NCBI GenBank assembly: GCA_963713085.1
Contig: CAVQKQ010000013.1
Location: 42,023 to 106,022, forward strand
DNA from: an uncultured Pseudomonadota bacterium
Lineage (GTDB): Bacteria; Pseudomonadota; Gammaproteobacteria; Burkholderiales; Thiobacillaceae
Direction of reading: 5' to 3'
Length of the DNA: 64,000 bases
Made by a program: the position numbers and the translations under genes. Shown here piece after piece: positions 1 through 9,437 of this stretch. Below the pieces are notes generated by a model. It saw only the letters and a program-made list of their open reading frames with translations. It was not told the origin of the DNA and did not search any database. Positions within the stretch are counted from its first letter, which is position 1. Each line of letters begins with the position of its first letter.

Positions 1-114
1 TGGCTGGTGTTCGACGCCGCCAAGGTCATCGACAAGGGCATCTGGCCGGCCCGGGCGGAACGGATCCGGGTCAAGACCCCCGCCATCATGTGGCCGCCCA
101 GCCCGACCCGCTGA
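1..114 (+). CDS. 3' end of an unidentified CDS (partial, begins upstream of the window)
   Basis: Frame 1 reads WLVFDAAKVIDKGIWPARAERIRVKTPAIMWPPSPTR, then TGA at 112-114. I recognise no motif. Confidence 0.3.
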   Translation, partial: WLVFDAAKVIDKGIWPARAERIRVKTPAIMWPPSPTR

Positions 115-135
115 CTGGCCGCACGGATCGCCCCG

Positions 136-2424
136 TCACTTGCCCATCCACACGCTGGACAGCCGGCATTCCTCGATCGGGGCGGGCCTGCCGAACAGGT
201 AACCCTGGTAAAGCTCGCAGCCGAACTGGTACAGCATCGCGCGTTGCGCCTCGGTCTCGACCCCTTCGGCGATCACTTGCAGGCCCAACGACTCGCTCAT
301 GGCGAGTATGGCGCGCACGATGGCGGCATCGTTGGGATCGTGGGTGATGTCGCGGACAAAACTCTGGTCGATCTTGACCTGATCCAATGGCAAGCGCTTG
401 AGGTAGGACAGCGACGAATAGCCGGTGCCGAAATCGTCCAGTGAAAAACTGAAGCCGAGCGCCTTGAGCTGCTGCATCCTGCTGACCACCTCGTCGATCC
501 GGTCCAGCACCACGCTTTCGGTGAGTTCCAGTTTCAGCATGGCCGGCTTGATGCCGGAACGCTTGACCTGGTCCCAGACCTGTTCGACGAAATCCGGCTG
601 GTGGAACTGGCGGGCGCTGACGTTGATCGCAAGGCTCAAGGCCCGGGTGCGGGGATTCGCCTCCCATGCCTTCAACTGCCTGCACGCCGTCTCCAGCACC
701 CATGCGCCGATGGGAAAGATGAGCCCGCTGTCCTCGGCCAGGGGGATGAATTGCACCGGCGGGACCGGCTCGGCGTCGGCCGGCAGCCAGCGCAACAAGG
801 CCTCGCAGCCGACCCAATTGCCTTGCCAATCCACCTGGGGCTGGTAATACAGCCGCAATTCGTCCTGGCTCAGGCTGCGGCGCAAGGCGGTCTCCATCAC
901 AGTGCGGGAATCGATGGCCGCCTGCATCGCCGGATTGAAGAAGCGAATGGTGTTCCGGCCGGCATTCTTGGCCTGATAGAGGGCCACGTCGGCCTGCTTG
1001 AGGATGATATCCACGTAATGGTCCTTGCCGCGGAACAGGGTCACGCCGATGCTGGCCGTGCTGTGATGGGTAATCCCGTTGCGCGATACCTCATAGGGCA
1101 GGTTGATGGCCTGGCGGACCTTTTCGGCGATCGTCTCCGCCTGCTTGGCGGCCGAGGTTTCTTCGGTTCCCAGGCCCTCCACCATCACCACATATTCGTC
1201 GCCCCCCAGGCGGGAAACCGTGTCCTCCTGGCGCACGTTGGCGATAATCCGCCGCGCCACCTCTATCAACAGGCGATCGCCGATATCGTGGCCCTGGGTG
1301 TCGTTGAGGGCCTTGAAGTTGTCGAGGTCCAGGATCATCAGGCTGCCGAATTGCTGGGTGCGGTGGCTGGCGATCAGCGCCTGGCCCAGGCGGTCCATCA
1401 GCAGGCGGCGGTTGGGCAGGTCGGTCAGCGAGTCGAAATAGGCCAGATTCCGAATCTGGTCTTCCACCTGCTTGCGCTCGGTGATGTCGACAAAGGTCAC
1501 CACCGCGCCCTCGATATGGCCGTCGCGATGGATGGGATGCGACCAGTACTCCACCGGAAAGCTGCCGCCGTCGACGCGCCAATGGACTTCGTCGTCGGCA
1601 TGGGCCGTCTTGCCCTCCAGGGTCGAGAGGCGCACGTTGCATTCCGACGCCGGGTAGGGCCTGCCGTCCGGATAGGTGTGGTGGATCGTGGCGTGCATGG
1701 ACTTGCCGATCAGGTCGGCTTCGTCCCCGTACCCCAGCATGCGGATGCAGGCCGCATTGGCGAACGTGCAGATGCCCTGGGTATCGACCCCGTAGATCGC
1801 CTCGCCGGCGGAATCGAGGACCAGCCGGAGACGGGCCTCTTTCACGCTGAGTTTCTGGAATAGCAGGGCATTGTCGATGGCGATGCTGGCCTGGTTCGCG
1901 AACAGGGTCAGCACCGCCAGGTCGCGCTGGTTGAATGCGCCGCCGCCCAATTTGCCCATCGCCGACAAGCCGCCGATGATGCGGCCGCGGCAAATCAGGG
2001 GGACCAGCAGATTGGAAGCCATGCCGGGCTCCCAGCTGGCATTCGCGTTCATATCGTAGCTGAGGCCCTCGCCGAACAGCAGCGGGCGCTGATGCTTCAT
2101 TACCCAGCCGCAAGCCCCCTCCTGGATCGAAAAAGGCTGGCCTCGGAGCATCTCGGCATGTTCGCCGCTCGCGGCCAGGTAGGTAAAGGTCCGCTGGTCC
2201 TCGTCGATCATCGGCACGGCGATCGTTTCGGCCTGTACCACCTCGCGGGCCATGTCGGCCACCAGGGCCAGCACATTCTCGACATCGAGTTCGGATACCA
2301 GCCGCTCGCCCAGCTTGAGGAGAATGGGCAATTCCTCATGGCTCAGATTCGGGACATGCTCACTGTCCTCGAGCCAAGGCTTCAAGGCGAGAAGACTGGT
2401 GGGCGAGGTTGCGAACTTTCTCAC
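136..2424 (-). CDS. GAF-PAS-GGDEF-EAL signalling protein (c-di-GMP cyclase/phosphodiesterase family)
   Basis: 762-aa ORF. It has an N-terminal GAF-like region, a PAS-like segment (GICTFANAACIRMLGY), a GGDEF-type motif (RLGGDEYVVMV) and EAL-domain motifs (CEALLRW, DDFGTGYSSLSYLKRLPLDQVKID). Confidence 0.9.
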   Translation of the reverse strand: MRKFATSPTSLLALKPWLEDSEHVPNLSHEELPILLKLGERLVSELDVENVLALVADMAREVVQAETIAVPMIDEDQRTFTYLAASGEHAEMLRGQPFSIQEGACGWVMKHQRPLLFGEGLSYDMNANASWEPGMASNLLVPLICRGRIIGGLSAMGKLGGGAFNQRDLAVLTLFANQASIAIDNALLFQKLSVKEARLRLVLDSAGEAIYGVDTQGICTFANAACIRMLGYGDEADLIGKSMHATIHHTYPDGRPYPASECNVRLSTLEGKTAHADDEVHWRVDGGSFPVEYWSHPIHRDGHIEGAVVTFVDITERKQVEDQIRNLAYFDSLTDLPNRRLLMDRLGQALIASHRTQQFGSLMILDLDNFKALNDTQGHDIGDRLLIEVARRIIANVRQEDTVSRLGGDEYVVMVEGLGTEETSAAKQAETIAEKVRQAINLPYEVSRNGITHHSTASIGVTLFRGKDHYVDIILKQADVALYQAKNAGRNTIRFFNPAMQAAIDSRTVMETALRRSLSQDELRLYYQPQVDWQGNWVGCEALLRWLPADAEPVPPVQFIPLAEDSGLIFPIGAWVLETACRQLKAWEANPRTRALSLAINVSARQFHQPDFVEQVWDQVKRSGIKPAMLKLELTESVVLDRIDEVVSRMQQLKALGFSFSLDDFGTGYSSLSYLKRLPLDQVKIDQSFVRDITHDPNDAAIVRAILAMSESLGLQVIAEGVETEAQRAMLYQFGCELYQGYLFGRPAPIEECRLSSVWMGK

Positions 2425-2433
2425 GGGCCGGAT

Positions 2434-3009
2434 TCAGAGTACGACGTTGTAATCGGCATCAGCCGTCTCAATGTAATAGGCGCTGACGCCATTGACCTTG
2501 GCCTCGACAACCAGATCGTCAGGCACGGAAAACGCCATGGCATCGACGCAGATCTGGCAGATATTGAAGCGGACGCCCAGGTCCCGCGCATTGAAGATGA
2601 GATCCTCGAGCGGCATCATGCCTTTGCGACGCATGATGTGGCGGACGATCATCGGCCCGAGACCGCCAAAATTCAGCTGCGACAGCGGCAGGTTGCGGGA
2701 GCCCGCGTGATTCAGGCCGCGCACCACGTGCTGTAGCGCGACATCAGTCTCCAACACCCGGCCGACCCCGCCTCTCAGCCGGCCGAACCACTTGCCGGGC
2801 GAAAAACGGGAACGGGGTTTGGTCAGGCAGTTGACGCCGTAGAGCACGAACCACATGCTCATCTCCATACCCATGGCCTGGAACCCGGCCGCGATTTCGA
2901 AGGCGAGGAGCGCCTTGTCCAACTCGCCGCTCACCAGCAGAATGACGCCCTTCTTCCTGGCAAGGGCATGAGTCTCTGCCTGCGGGGAGGGATCCAGCCG
3001 ATCCGCCAT
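2434..3009 (-). CDS. DsrE/DsrF-like sulfur-carrier family protein (COG2210-like)
   Basis: The track ORF 2434..3210 is trimmed to the ATG at 3009 (MADRLDPS...), which lies 2 nt after the upstream tusA-like stop. KKGVILLVSGELDKALLAFEIAAGFQAMG ... YGVNCL is typical of DsrE-like proteins. The stop is 10 nt from the GGDEF-EAL start. Confidence 0.65.
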   Translation of the reverse strand: MADRLDPSPQAETHALARKKGVILLVSGELDKALLAFEIAAGFQAMGMEMSMWFVLYGVNCLTKPRSRFSPGKWFGRLRGGVGRVLETDVALQHVVRGLNHAGSRNLPLSQLNFGGLGPMIVRHIMRRKGMMPLEDLIFNARDLGVRFNICQICVDAMAFSVPDDLVVEAKVNGVSAYYIETADADYNVVL

Positions 3010-3011
3010 GT

Positions 3012-3251
3012 CTACCCCCCGACCCGGATCACGATGGACACCTGCCGGTTTGCCTCGGGTCGCACCTCGAGCAAGGCATGGCCGTTGGCCTGGCAGAAGT
3101 CCCGTATCGAGGACTCGAATATGGGGTCGTTGCCGATGATCTCGAGGCGTTGCCCCGGACCGAGTTCCCTGACCTGCTTGGACAGCATGATCAGCGGCAA
3201 GGGGCAACATACGCCGCGTACGTCCAGGTGAATATCGCTATCTGAAACCAT
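3012..3251 (-). CDS. TusA/SirA-like sulfurtransferase
   Basis: The track ORF 3012..3311 is trimmed to the ATG at 3251 (MVSDSDIHLDVRGVCCPLPLIMLSKQV...). It has the CPxP active-site motif and is about 80 aa, as in the TusA family. Confidence 0.75.
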   Translation of the reverse strand: MVSDSDIHLDVRGVCCPLPLIMLSKQVRELGPGQRLEIIGNDPIFESSIRDFCQANGHALLEVRPEANRQVSIVIRVGG

Positions 3252-3556
3252 CCGCCGATATCTCCGATTTATATATCTTTCGTCAGGAACGTATAACGGA
3301 GTCTCAGGCAATAAATTTAATAATCAACACAACATTCAACCGACCGCCCCTGAAATCGCCTGATCGCAGACGGCCCCACCTACTCCGAATCCCCATCATC
3401 CCTGCCTGTGAAATTCCGCCTTGCCCTCGCGGCGAGGCCGTCCTAGCCTGAGACACGGGCCCATGTCAGGCGGTCCCGGCCGGCCCGCGCCGGCCAAGAA
3501 CGAGGCGCTGGCCGCGCCCGGACCAGGGGCATCATCAACCTATCAAGGAGGCGGAC

Positions 3557-4138
3557 ATGTCGGCGAAAAAGATCTTGATGCTGGTGGGCGACTACGTGGA
3601 GGACTACGAGGTCATGGTGCCCTTCCAGGCCCTGCTCATGGTCGGGCACACGGTGCACGCGGTGTGCCCCGGCAAGCAGGCCGGGGATCGGGTGCGCACC
3701 GCGGTGCACGATTTCGAGGGGGACCAGACCTACAGTGAGAAGCCAGGCCACAACTTCACACTCAACGCCGGCTTCGACCAGGCGCGGGCCGAGGACTACG
3801 ACGCCCTGGTAATCCCCGGCGGCCGCGCGCCGGAGTACCTGCGCCTGAATCCCGACGTGCTGGCCCTGGTGCGGCACTTCGCCAGCGCGGACAAACCCAT
3901 CGCCTCCATCTGCCACGGCGCCCAGATCCTGGCGGCGGCCGGCGTGCTGGAAGGCCGGGGCTGCTCCGCCTACCCGGCGGTGGGCCCGGAGGTGAGCCGG
4001 AGCGGCGGCCGCTACGTGGACATCCCGGTGGACCAGGCCCACGTGGACGGCAAGCTGGTCAGCGCCCCCGCCTGGCCCGCCCACCCGGATTGGCTGGCCA
4101 AGTTCCTGCGGGTTCTGGGCACCCGCATCGAGCCCTGA
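3557..4138 (+). CDS. DJ-1/PfpI family protein (glutamine amidotransferase-like/protease)
   Basis: 193 aa. [22 protein letters not shown] ... [10 protein letters not shown] contains the nucleophile-elbow Cys-His. An AAGGAGG Shine-Dalgarno (SD) lies just upstream. Confidence 0.9.
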   Translation: MSAKKILMLVGDYVEDYEVMVPFQALLMVGHTVHAVCPGKQAGDRVRTAVHDFEGDQTYSEKPGHNFTLNAGFDQARAEDYDALVIPGGRAPEYLRLNPDVLALVRHFASADKPIASICHGAQILAAAGVLEGRGCSAYPAVGPEVSRSGGRYVDIPVDQAHVDGKLVSAPAWPAHPDWLAKFLRVLGTRIEP

Positions 4139-4166
4139 GCGATAGCCGGCCATTTCCAGGCCACCG

Positions 4167-4430
4167 ATGCCCCTGCAGCCCAAAGACCTGATCTCCGCCA
4201 TCGACGCCGCCCTGGCGGGGGACTGGGACCGCGCCCACGAGATCGTCCAGCGGGATGAAGCCGATCCTCTTGCCTGCTGGGTCCACGCCGTGCTGCACAA
4301 GATCGAGGGGGATGCCGGAAACAGCCGCTACTGGTATGCCCGCACGGCTCACCGCTATGAGGAAAATGCGGACGCGCAGGTGGAGTTGCGGGCGATTCGG
4401 GGCGAAGTCGAAGGGGCGGGCCGGGGATAG
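4167..4430 (+). CDS. small conserved hypothetical protein
   Basis: 87-aa ORF directly after the DJ-1 gene. The segment [10 protein letters not shown]...[24 protein letters not shown] looks like a conserved small-protein family, but I cannot name it. Confidence 0.5.
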   Translation: MPLQPKDLISAIDAALAGDWDRAHEIVQRDEADPLACWVHAVLHKIEGDAGNSRYWYARTAHRYEENADAQVELRAIRGEVEGAGRG

Positions 4431-4479
4431 GCGCCGTGGCCGGCCCGACATTCTCTATCGTTGCCGCGTGAAACCAGCC

Positions 4480-6000
4480 TCAATGGGCGCCGCCGGCCAC
4501 GGCCGAGCCCTGCCTGGGGGGCTTGGCCAGCCAGACCATCAGCATCAGGGCGACGAAGAAGCAACCGGACAGCCAGAACATGTCGTTGGTCGCCAGCATC
4601 ACCGCCTGATGGTTGACGAACCTTTCCAGCAGGGCCGGTTCCATTGCCGGTGCGACCAGGTTGCCCAGAGCGTCGCCGACGGTCGGGTCGAAAGCCGAGA
4701 GGTGGGTTGCCAGGATGCTGTGGTGGAACTCCGCGCGCCGGTCCCAAAGGGTGATGCTGAGCGAGGTGCCGAAACTGCCGGCCAGGATGCGGAAGAAATT
4801 CGAAAGGCCGGTGGCGCTGGACATCATCTGCGGGGGGATGCCGGACAGGGTTAGGGCGGTCAGCGGCACGAAGAACGTGGCCACGCCGAACCCCATCAAC
4901 AGGCGTGGAATCACAATCTGCTGGAAAGTGACCTCGGTGTTGAAAGTGCTGTTCCAGTACGACACGGCGGCGAACACCAGGAAACTGAAGCTGGCCCAAT
5001 AGCGCAGGTCGATCTTGTGCATGTTCTTGCCGACGATGGCCGACAGGAACACCGGCAGGATGCCGATGGGCGCGGCCGCCATCCCGGCCCAGGTGGCGGT
5101 GTAGCCCATGTTGGTCTGCAGCCATAGCGGCAGGATCACCACGTTGCCGAAGAACACCAGGTAGCCGACGCTCAGGATCAGCGTGCCGACCAGGAAGTTG
5201 CGCTGGCGGAACAGATGGAAGTCCACCACCGGGTGGCGGTCGGTCAGTTCCCAGATCACCAGGACGCTCAGGGCCACCGCGGACACGACCGCCAGGACGA
5301 CGATGGTGCCGGATTCGAACCAGTCCAGGTCGTTGCCCTTGTCCAGCAGGATCTGCAGCGCCCCCACACCCAGCACCAGCAATACCAGCCCCACCTTGTC
5401 GATGGGCACGATCTGGGTGGCGCTGGAGCGCTTGCCCAGGATCGTCCAGGTCAGGAATGCCGAGAGCAGGCCCACCGGCAGGTTGATGTAGAAGATCCAT
5501 GGCCAGTTGATGTTGTCGGTGATCCAGCCCCCCAGGATCGGCCCCATGATGGGCGCGACGATGACCGTCATGGACCAGAGCGCCAGGGCCAGCCCCTTTT
5601 TCTCCGGTGGATAGTTGTTCAGCAGCAGGCTCTGGGACAGGGGGATCATCGGCCCCGCCACCGCGCCCTGCAGCACCCGGGCGACGATCAGCATGGGCAG
5701 GCTGGGCGCCAGACCGCACAGCCAGGAGGCCAGGGTGAACAGCAGGGTGGAGAGCACGAACAGGCGCACGTCCCCGAAGCGGCGCGACAGCCAGCCGGTC
5801 AGGGGCAGAGCGATGGCGTTGCTGACCGCGAAGGAGGTGATGATCCAGGTGCCCTGGTTCGGGCTCACCGCCAGGTCGCCGGAAATCGCCGGCAGGGAAA
5901 CGTTGGCGATGGAGGTGTCCAGTACCTGCATGAAGGTGCCCAGGCTCAGGCCAAGGGTCAGCAGGATCAGGGTGGGACCGTGCAGGGGCTTGTGGGTCAT
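4480..6000 (-). CDS. emrB: MFS drug efflux transporter, DHA2/EmrB family (14 TM type)
   Basis: 506 aa and highly hydrophobic. The N-terminus LILLTLGLSLGTFMQVLDTSIANVSLPAISGDL is typical of EmrB/QacA. It sits downstream of an HlyD-type gene. Confidence 0.9.
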   Translation of the reverse strand: MTHKPLHGPTLILLTLGLSLGTFMQVLDTSIANVSLPAISGDLAVSPNQGTWIITSFAVSNAIALPLTGWLSRRFGDVRLFVLSTLLFTLASWLCGLAPSLPMLIVARVLQGAVAGPMIPLSQSLLLNNYPPEKKGLALALWSMTVIVAPIMGPILGGWITDNINWPWIFYINLPVGLLSAFLTWTILGKRSSATQIVPIDKVGLVLLVLGVGALQILLDKGNDLDWFESGTIVVLAVVSAVALSVLVIWELTDRHPVVDFHLFRQRNFLVGTLILSVGYLVFFGNVVILPLWLQTNMGYTATWAGMAAAPIGILPVFLSAIVGKNMHKIDLRYWASFSFLVFAAVSYWNSTFNTEVTFQQIVIPRLLMGFGVATFFVPLTALTLSGIPPQMMSSATGLSNFFRILAGSFGTSLSITLWDRRAEFHHSILATHLSAFDPTVGDALGNLVAPAMEPALLERFVNHQAVMLATNDMFWLSGCFFVALMLMVWLAKPPRQGSAVAGGAH

Positions 6001-6072
6001 GGTGTTGGGACGTTAACCGGGATGCCCGTGCCGAACCTGCCGGAGGGCGCTTCCATTGCGCCGCCGCGCACG

Positions 6073-6109
6073 CCTAGCCCGCCAGCGGGAGAGGGGCCGA
6101 AGGCGAGCG
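6073..6109. repeat. degenerate single copy of the GC-rich REP-like element seen in the nar operon
   Basis: The reverse complement reads cgctcgccttcggcccctctcccgctggcgggctagg. It resembles nar element ccctctcccccggcccctctcccgcaggcgggagagggg but with a broken stem. It lies in the emrA-emrB gap. Confidence 0.3.
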
Positions 6110-6122
6110 CCACGGGCGTCCA

Positions 6123-7274
6123 TCAGCCCTTGCGCAGGGTGTTGGCCTTGAGAATGGCGTGGATCAGGGCATCCGCGCCCTTGATGTCCTCCACCGACGT
6201 TTCATAGCGGGTCGCCGGCAGGTTTTCCGGCTTGCCTTCGGCCCCGGTTTCCACTTCCACTTTCATCGACAGTCCGACCCGCAGGGGATGTTTGGCCAGT
6301 TCCTTCGGATCCAGCGCGATGCGCACCGGAAGACGCTGGACGATCTTGATCCAGTTGCCGCTGGCGTTCTGCGCCGGCAGCAGGGAGAACACGCTGCCCG
6401 TGCCCGGCGACAGGCCGGCCACCGTGCCGTGGAAGGTGACATCGCCGCCATAGAGATCGGAGACCAGTTGCACGGGCTGGCCGGCGGTCATGCCGTCCAG
6501 CTGGTCTTCCTTGTAGTTGGCCTCCACCCAAAGCTGTGTGGTGGGGACGATGGCCATGAGGGTCGCGCCGGGTGCGACCTGCTGGCCGATCTGGACCGAG
6601 CGCTTGGCCACCTGGCCATCCTCCGGGGCCCGGATCTCGCAGCGGTTCAGGGCCAGCCAGGCCTCCCGCAGGCGGACCTCGGCCTGCTTCACAGATGGAT
6701 GGGTCGCCACCGTGGTGCCCGTCACGCTGGCCTCGGCGGCGGCCAATTGGGCCCGGGCCAGGTCCAGTTCGGACTGGGCCTTGTCCCGGTCGGCCCTGGC
6801 GTGCTCGGCTTCCTCCCTGGAGACGGCGTGGACCGCGACGGCCTGGTCGCGTCGGACCAGGTCGGCCTGGGCCTGTTCCAGGTTGCGCCGCTTCACCTCC
6901 AGGTTGGCGGCCTCCTGGCTACGGACCGCGAAGGTCTGGCTGATATGGCGCACGGTTTCGGCCAGGTCGGCCTCGGCCTTGTCCAGGGCAAGGCGGGCGT
7001 CGATGTCGTCCAGCTTCACCAGGACCTGGCCCCGTTTCACGAAGTCGGTGTCGTCGGCCAGCACCGCCACCACCGTGCCGCCGACGCGCGGCGTGACCCG
7101 GACCAGATTGCCGGCCACATAGGCGTCGTCGGTGCTCTCGTGGCTGCGGCCGTGGAGGTACCAGTGGATGCCCCAGGCCACCGCCGCCGCCAGGAATATC
7201 AGGGCCAAGACGCTGAGCAGGCGCTTGCGTTTGGCCAGATTGGTCTTGGAGGTTTCGGAGGTATCGACGGTCAT
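6123..7274 (-). CDS. emrA: HlyD/EmrA-family membrane fusion protein
   Basis: 383 aa with an N-terminal TM segment, a long coiled-coil (LAETVRHISQ...AQLAAAEA) and a beta-barrel C-terminus. There is a 4-nt overlap with the upstream OMF gene. Confidence 0.9.
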   Translation of the reverse strand: MTVDTSETSKTNLAKRKRLLSVLALIFLAAAVAWGIHWYLHGRSHESTDDAYVAGNLVRVTPRVGGTVVAVLADDTDFVKRGQVLVKLDDIDARLALDKAEADLAETVRHISQTFAVRSQEAANLEVKRRNLEQAQADLVRRDQAVAVHAVSREEAEHARADRDKAQSELDLARAQLAAAEASVTGTTVATHPSVKQAEVRLREAWLALNRCEIRAPEDGQVAKRSVQIGQQVAPGATLMAIVPTTQLWVEANYKEDQLDGMTAGQPVQLVSDLYGGDVTFHGTVAGLSPGTGSVFSLLPAQNASGNWIKIVQRLPVRIALDPKELAKHPLRVGLSMKVEVETGAEGKPENLPATRYETSVEDIKGADALIHAILKANTLRKG

Positions 7275-8725
7275 GGTGTCGGGTCCTTGTCGGAGGGGGC
7301 GCCGCCCAATGCCTGGTACAGCGCCACGCGGGCGCGCAGACTGGCGGCCTGGATCTGGATGTCGTTCATGCGTTGGCCGAGCACGGCGCTGTCCGCTTCA
7401 AAAGCATCGAGCGGGCCGGCCAGTCCGAGCTTCTCCCGCTGGCGCGCCAGGTCGCGGGTCCGTTCGGTTTCCCGCAACGCCTGGCGTTGGGCTTGGCCGC
7501 GCTGCTCCAGGCTGGTGATCAGGGCATAGGCGTCGGCGGCCTGGCGCGCCGCCTCCAGGATGGCGCGGTTGTAGGCCGCCACGCTGGCGGCGTAGTCCGC
7601 TTCCCGCTTGCCCAGTTTCGCCCTCAGGGTCTGGCCGTTGAGGATCGGCAGGTGCAGGGCCGGCCCCACCGAGGCGGACACGCTGCCGGCCTGCAGCAGC
7701 TTGCCCAGGTCCAGGGTTTCCAGGCCGACCATCAGACGCAGGTCCAGGTTGGGGTAGAAATCCGCCCTGGCGGCGGTGCTCAGGTCGGCGGCGGCCTCCA
7801 CCCGGCCGCGCAGGGCGGCCACGTCGGGACGCCGCGCCAGCCAGTCCAGGGGGAGACCGGCGGGCAGGGGCGGCAGGTGGGCCTTGAGATCAGCGTCGTT
7901 GGCAATCCCGGGCAGGTCGGCGGCGTGGTCCGGGTCGGAACCGATCAGGGCGCTCAAGCGGTAGCGCAGGGAACGGCCCTGGTACTCCAGACCCCGGACC
8001 AAATCCTCGTCCAGGTCCAGTTTCCGGCGAGCGTCGATCAGGGGCTGGGCGGAATCCAGGCCCAGGTCGAAGCGGGCCTTGAGCAGGTCATGTTCCTTGC
8101 GGTGGTCTTGTTCCAAGGCGCGGGCCACCGCCAGGCGCGACGCCGCATCGGCGCCGGCGAAATAGGCGTCGGCCACCGCCGCAGCCACGGTCAGGCGGAC
8201 CGCCGCGGCCTCGTCCCGGGCCGCCCGCATCTCGTTGCCGGCGGCCCGCACCAGGGCCCGATTCCTGCCCCACCAGTCCAGGCTGTAGGAAAGGTTCTCG
8301 CTGACATCGGTCTGGGTAAAGGAACTGCCGCCGATGGGGGGTGGAAACAGGCCATTCTTGCTCAGGTGCTCCCTGACCACGGAGGCATCGGTTGCATAGT
8401 GCACCTGGGCGTCCAGGCGGGCCAGGCGCTCCGCCTGATCCGCCGCGCGCAGACGAGCTTGGGCGGCGGCCAGGTCGGGCTGGTCCTTAAGGGCGGTTTC
8501 CACCAGTCCGTTCAGTTCGGCCAAGCCGAACGACTCCCACCAGCGTTCCGACACGGACGCCGCGCCTCCAAGGCCAGCGTCTTTGGACAGTCCGGCCAGG
8601 GTGTTCCGGGTCTCGGGAACCACCAGGTCGGGCCGGGGCGGCAGGTCGGTCGGCAACCGGGCGCAGGCGGAGAGAACCACAGCCAGAGCCAGAGCGGGGA
8701 TGAGCCCGCACGGCAGGTGGTTCAT
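7271..8725 (-). CDS. outer-membrane efflux lipoprotein, NodT/OprM family
   Basis: The track ORF is trimmed to the ATG at 8725 (MNHLPCGLIPALALAVVLSAC, lipobox LSAC). It shows TolC-like repeat architecture and ATGA-type overlaps with both neighbours. Confidence 0.85.
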   Translation of the reverse strand: MNHLPCGLIPALALAVVLSACARLPTDLPPRPDLVVPETRNTLAGLSKDAGLGGAASVSERWWESFGLAELNGLVETALKDQPDLAAAQARLRAADQAERLARLDAQVHYATDASVVREHLSKNGLFPPPIGGSSFTQTDVSENLSYSLDWWGRNRALVRAAGNEMRAARDEAAAVRLTVAAAVADAYFAGADAASRLAVARALEQDHRKEHDLLKARFDLGLDSAQPLIDARRKLDLDEDLVRGLEYQGRSLRYRLSALIGSDPDHAADLPGIANDADLKAHLPPLPAGLPLDWLARRPDVAALRGRVEAAADLSTAARADFYPNLDLRLMVGLETLDLGKLLQAGSVSASVGPALHLPILNGQTLRAKLGKREADYAASVAAYNRAILEAARQAADAYALITSLEQRGQAQRQALRETERTRDLARQREKLGLAGPLDAFEADSAVLGQRMNDIQIQAASLRARVALYQALGGAPSDKDPTP

Positions 8726-9231
8726 GGCTTGGTTTCCGGCCGGGACAGGCCGGCGAGCAATTTGCGCAGCAGCCGGTCGAATTCGACCACCTCCGCCGGG
8801 CTGAAGTCCGACCATTGCTCGCGGATCAGGTCCCAGACCACCGGCAGCACCCTTTCCACCAGGGCGGCGCCGGCATCGGTCAGTGAGAGTTCCACCCGCC
8901 TGCGGTCTTCCGTGCTGGCCTGCCGGGCCACCCAGCCGGCGCCGACCAGTTCGTCAGTCAGCCGGGTGACGTTGGTGCGCGACGAGATCAGGGCGTCGCT
9001 CAGATCGCAGGGGTTGAAGCGGATCCCCTCGCCGCTGTACAGCATGGCCAGGGCGAGAAAGGTGGTGCTGTTGAGGCCGAAGTCCGCCAGGTGCCGGTTG
9101 TAGCGATCGTCCAGTTCCTTGAAGACGAAGAAGAACAGGCGGTTGATCACCACCCGGTCCTTGGGCATTCCGGACAGGCGCCGGGATATCCGGTCGATAC
9201 CCAGTTCGAAATAGGAGAAATCGTGTTTCAT
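8722..9231 (-). CDS. MarR-family repressor (EmrR-like) heading the efflux operon
   Basis: Trimmed to the ATG at 9231 (MKHDFSYFELGIDR...). The winged-helix region is CDLSDALISSRTNVTRLTDELVGAGWVARQASTEDRRRVELSLT. Confidence 0.8.
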   Translation of the reverse strand: MKHDFSYFELGIDRISRRLSGMPKDRVVINRLFFFVFKELDDRYNRHLADFGLNSTTFLALAMLYSGEGIRFNPCDLSDALISSRTNVTRLTDELVGAGWVARQASTEDRRRVELSLTDAGAALVERVLPVVWDLIREQWSDFSPAEVVEFDRLLRKLLAGLSRPETKP

Positions 9232-9256
9232 GCCAACGACTTGAGTAATTGGGCGA

Positions 9257-9282
9257 TAAATAGTAACAAAGTAAATAGTAAC
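9257..9282. promoter_or_regulatory. direct repeat taaatagtaac x2 (15-bp period) in the marR/catalase divergent region, a candidate operator
   Basis: Exact 11-nt copies at 9257-9267 and 9272-9282, just upstream of the MarR start. The function is inferred only. Confidence 0.3.
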
Positions 9283-9437
9283 GAAATGAACTATCTTGCC
9301 GCCCAACGCGTATTCAACAAATAGATAGATCTACTCAATATTATTCATTGGAATGATCGTCCTCCCCGGTCTGTAATGACGCCACTCCCGGCGCGAATGC
9401 GTCGGGCAGACTCTCAACAGACCGAAGGAGAACCATC

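Noticed and set aside
9300-9335. OxyR site (ATAGnTnnnAnCTAT) upstream of catalase in caaatagatagatctactcaat
   Set aside because: The second half-site is out of register by one base and mismatched, so the match is not convincing.
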